From: Callorhinchus milii
Taxonomy: Eukaryota
Length of the DNA: 64,000 nt
Assembly: GCF_018977255.1 (NCBI RefSeq)
Contig: NW_024704743.1
Span: 54,190,001 to 54,254,000 of the forward strand
Direction of reading: 5' to 3'
The translations under genes were made by a program, and so were the position numbers. Positions 61,986-64,000 of this stretch are shown piece after piece. Positions within the stretch are counted from its first letter, which is position 1, and every line of letters begins with the position of its first letter. The notes below the pieces were generated by a model. It saw nothing but the letters and a program-made list of their open reading frames with translations, had not been told where the DNA came from and did no database searches.

Positions 61986-63274
61986 GTCTGTGAATATCAG
62001 AATCATTGTAAACTTTTTGGAAAAAAATGAGATCTGATTTCAGGCAACAATTAGAATTTATTTCCTAAGGAAATTCACAATAAATTAATAATAAACGAGT
62101 TTTTTAGTAATGTTAGATTGAGAGGATGTATTCTGATTGCATTTCAAATCAAATGTGGAAGTTGCCTGAAAGTTAATAACTTGCTATTGGAAGTAAAGAT
62201 TTTGTACTGGACCTAAATAACCAATATATATATACATTTTGACAATGATGGAAAATAAAGCAGTTAGCATTTCATATTTTATTTTAAGTTTGTTTTACTG
62301 TAAAGCGCTCTGAGACGTCGTCCGGAGTGGAGGGTACTATATAAATCCAAGTTGTTGTTGATGCCTGATGCCCCGCATCGCCAGAAAGTATTTACAGGTT
62401 TTTTTCTGCTAAAACCCAGCACATTTATCAACTGCTAACGTTGCCACTAAGTGGCAATATTGAGAAGTCTTCTTCTTTTAAAGGGCAAACTTAGGGCTGA
62501 AGATGAGGTCCATTGCCTATTTGGAATGAGGAAGTCTATGTTAGGTTAGGCTCCTATTACACACTGTATCAACAGCAATATATAAAAAAGAGGCTTTGTG
62601 TGTCTGATGATTATGGGGCGATGAAAATTATGGATATTTGCTGGTAAGAAATTTGATCAGATGGATCGAGATCTAAAGAAACACTTGACTCAGCAAGAGT
62701 ATTATTTTGTTGGCTGATCATATTTATAAATGTAAAAAGTGAACATTTAAGAGCAGGCACAATACCTCTTAAATAATAATACTAACAATAATCTTTGCAT
62801 TTTATATAATGCCTGATCACGTCATTGAGACTTCTCAAAGTGCTTCACAGAATATACTGTAAAGTTAATTGACTATATTTTGTGGGCAAAAATATTATGT
62901 TGGTGATAGGTAATGTGTGAAATTATGCAATTATTTTTACTTTTGAATAAATTTGTGAATTGATTGTCCTTATGTGTCTGCTAGCAGACTTACCTCCACA
63001 ACAGTACAACTATGATTTCCATCATTCTAATTTGGTTTGTGCAAAAAGTCTCAAATTCTTCCTATTTTTTTTAGCTCGATGCCATCCTTCTCCACTCAGG
63101 GGAGCAGGACTCCTTGTGGCCTCCCAGGCTTTGATGTGCAGGAGCTCTTCTATCAGACAAATTAGATAACAGAACAATAACATAACAATGCTTGAATTTG
63201 GTCTCGTGCCTAATCAAATCAAGAGTTGCAAAGCATGTTACGCAACAAATTACATTGAAATGTAGTGATTCTTG

Positions 63275-63495
63275 TGATCCAATGGCACTATTTGAAAAGG
63301 GAAGGGAGTTTCTCCTGGTTTCCTGGCCAACAATCCTCCATAATAAAATTGCTTACTCACTCCATGGGGAAATGCTTGTGCACAAATTGGCTGCCACGTT
63401 TGCCACAAAATACACAGCCACTGCAATTTACATGTAAAGTGTTTGAGACGTCCTCCTGACGTGAAAGGTGTTTTTCCAAGTGTAAGGAATATTTT
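63275..63495 (+). mobile_element. Family B SINE 3' part
   Basis: gatccaatggcactatttgaaaagg...aaattggctgccacg...gagacgtcctcctgacgtgaaagg. Confidence 0.82.
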
Positions 63496-63635
63496 TATAT
63501 AGATGGGCGGCATATCAAATCAGGCTAACCAAATTTAGGTCTTGGTGCTGCTGGGTCTGAACTGTGATATTGTGAATAGTGCATTGTCACACTCTGACCT
63601 TGGTTAGAACACACTTGGAACCTTATGTACATTTC

Positions 63636-63963
63636 GTGGAGTCCTGTAGCTCAGTGGTTAGAGCACTCGCTTTGCAAGCGAGAGACCTAAGTTCAAATCC
63701 AGGCACAGGGCAAAACCTTGGGCAAGTTTCCTTACTCCACACAGAGCCTAATAATAATCCCTCCAAAACAAAAAACAATAACAAATTGGTCATTTTCAAT
63801 CTACGACTGTTTGTGGGACATTGCTGTGCGCAATTGGCTGTCGCGTTCGCCCACAAATATACAGTCAATTCACTTTACAGTGTGTTCTGTGAAGCGCTTT
63901 GGGACGTCCTCCCGACGTGAAAAGCGCTATATCAAATACAAGGATTATTATTATTATTATTAT
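63636..63963 (+). mobile_element. Family A SINE (short form, youngest subfamily), full length
   Basis: tRNA-like head with A box tagctcagtggttagagc, anticodon arm ctcgc-tttgcaa-gcgag and B box agttcaaatcc; Deu-type block; L2-type stem-loop; (ATT)n tail. Confidence 0.95.
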
Positions 63964-64000
63964 TTTGGGGCACCTCAATTACTGGAAGGATAAACAAGCA

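Noticed and set aside
1..64000. CRISPR array, operon or other prokaryote-type system
   Set aside because: The DNA is vertebrate; the recurring motifs are dispersed SINE/LINE copies, not regularly spaced repeat-spacer units, and no intact genes are present.

Overview
Repeat-rich vertebrate genomic DNA with no protein-coding exon that I can support. The repeats are L2 and CR1 LINE fragments, tRNA-headed Deu-domain SINEs with L2-type tails, Penelope-type ends and an LF-SINE-like copy. This mix points to a cartilaginous fish, most plausibly a holocephalan such as the elephant shark (an inference from recalled repeat consensi, not a search). Nearly all ORFs in the track are L2/CR1 reverse-transcriptase debris, SINE read-throughs or chance. 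Items worth a second look: (1) a young SINE that appears to be a mosaic of tRNA-Ala head + CORE-like block + partial Deu domain + L2 3' stem-loop; (2) an unclassified ~0.7 kb poly(A)-ended repeat with ~14 fragments; (3) a hairpin MITE family with GGGGAGAAATTCC termini; (4) a fossil R4/Dong-type restriction-like endonuclease domain; (5) a decayed Penelope minimal hammerhead ribozyme; (6) strong CTCF motifs and repeat-poor, enhancer-like unique blocks at ~39.6-41 kb and ~53-60 kb; (7) a minus-strand bias of L2 and SINE insertions, hinting at an intron of a plus-strand gene. I find no support for a new multi-gene system. Repeat boundaries were placed by eye and are approximate (tens of bp).
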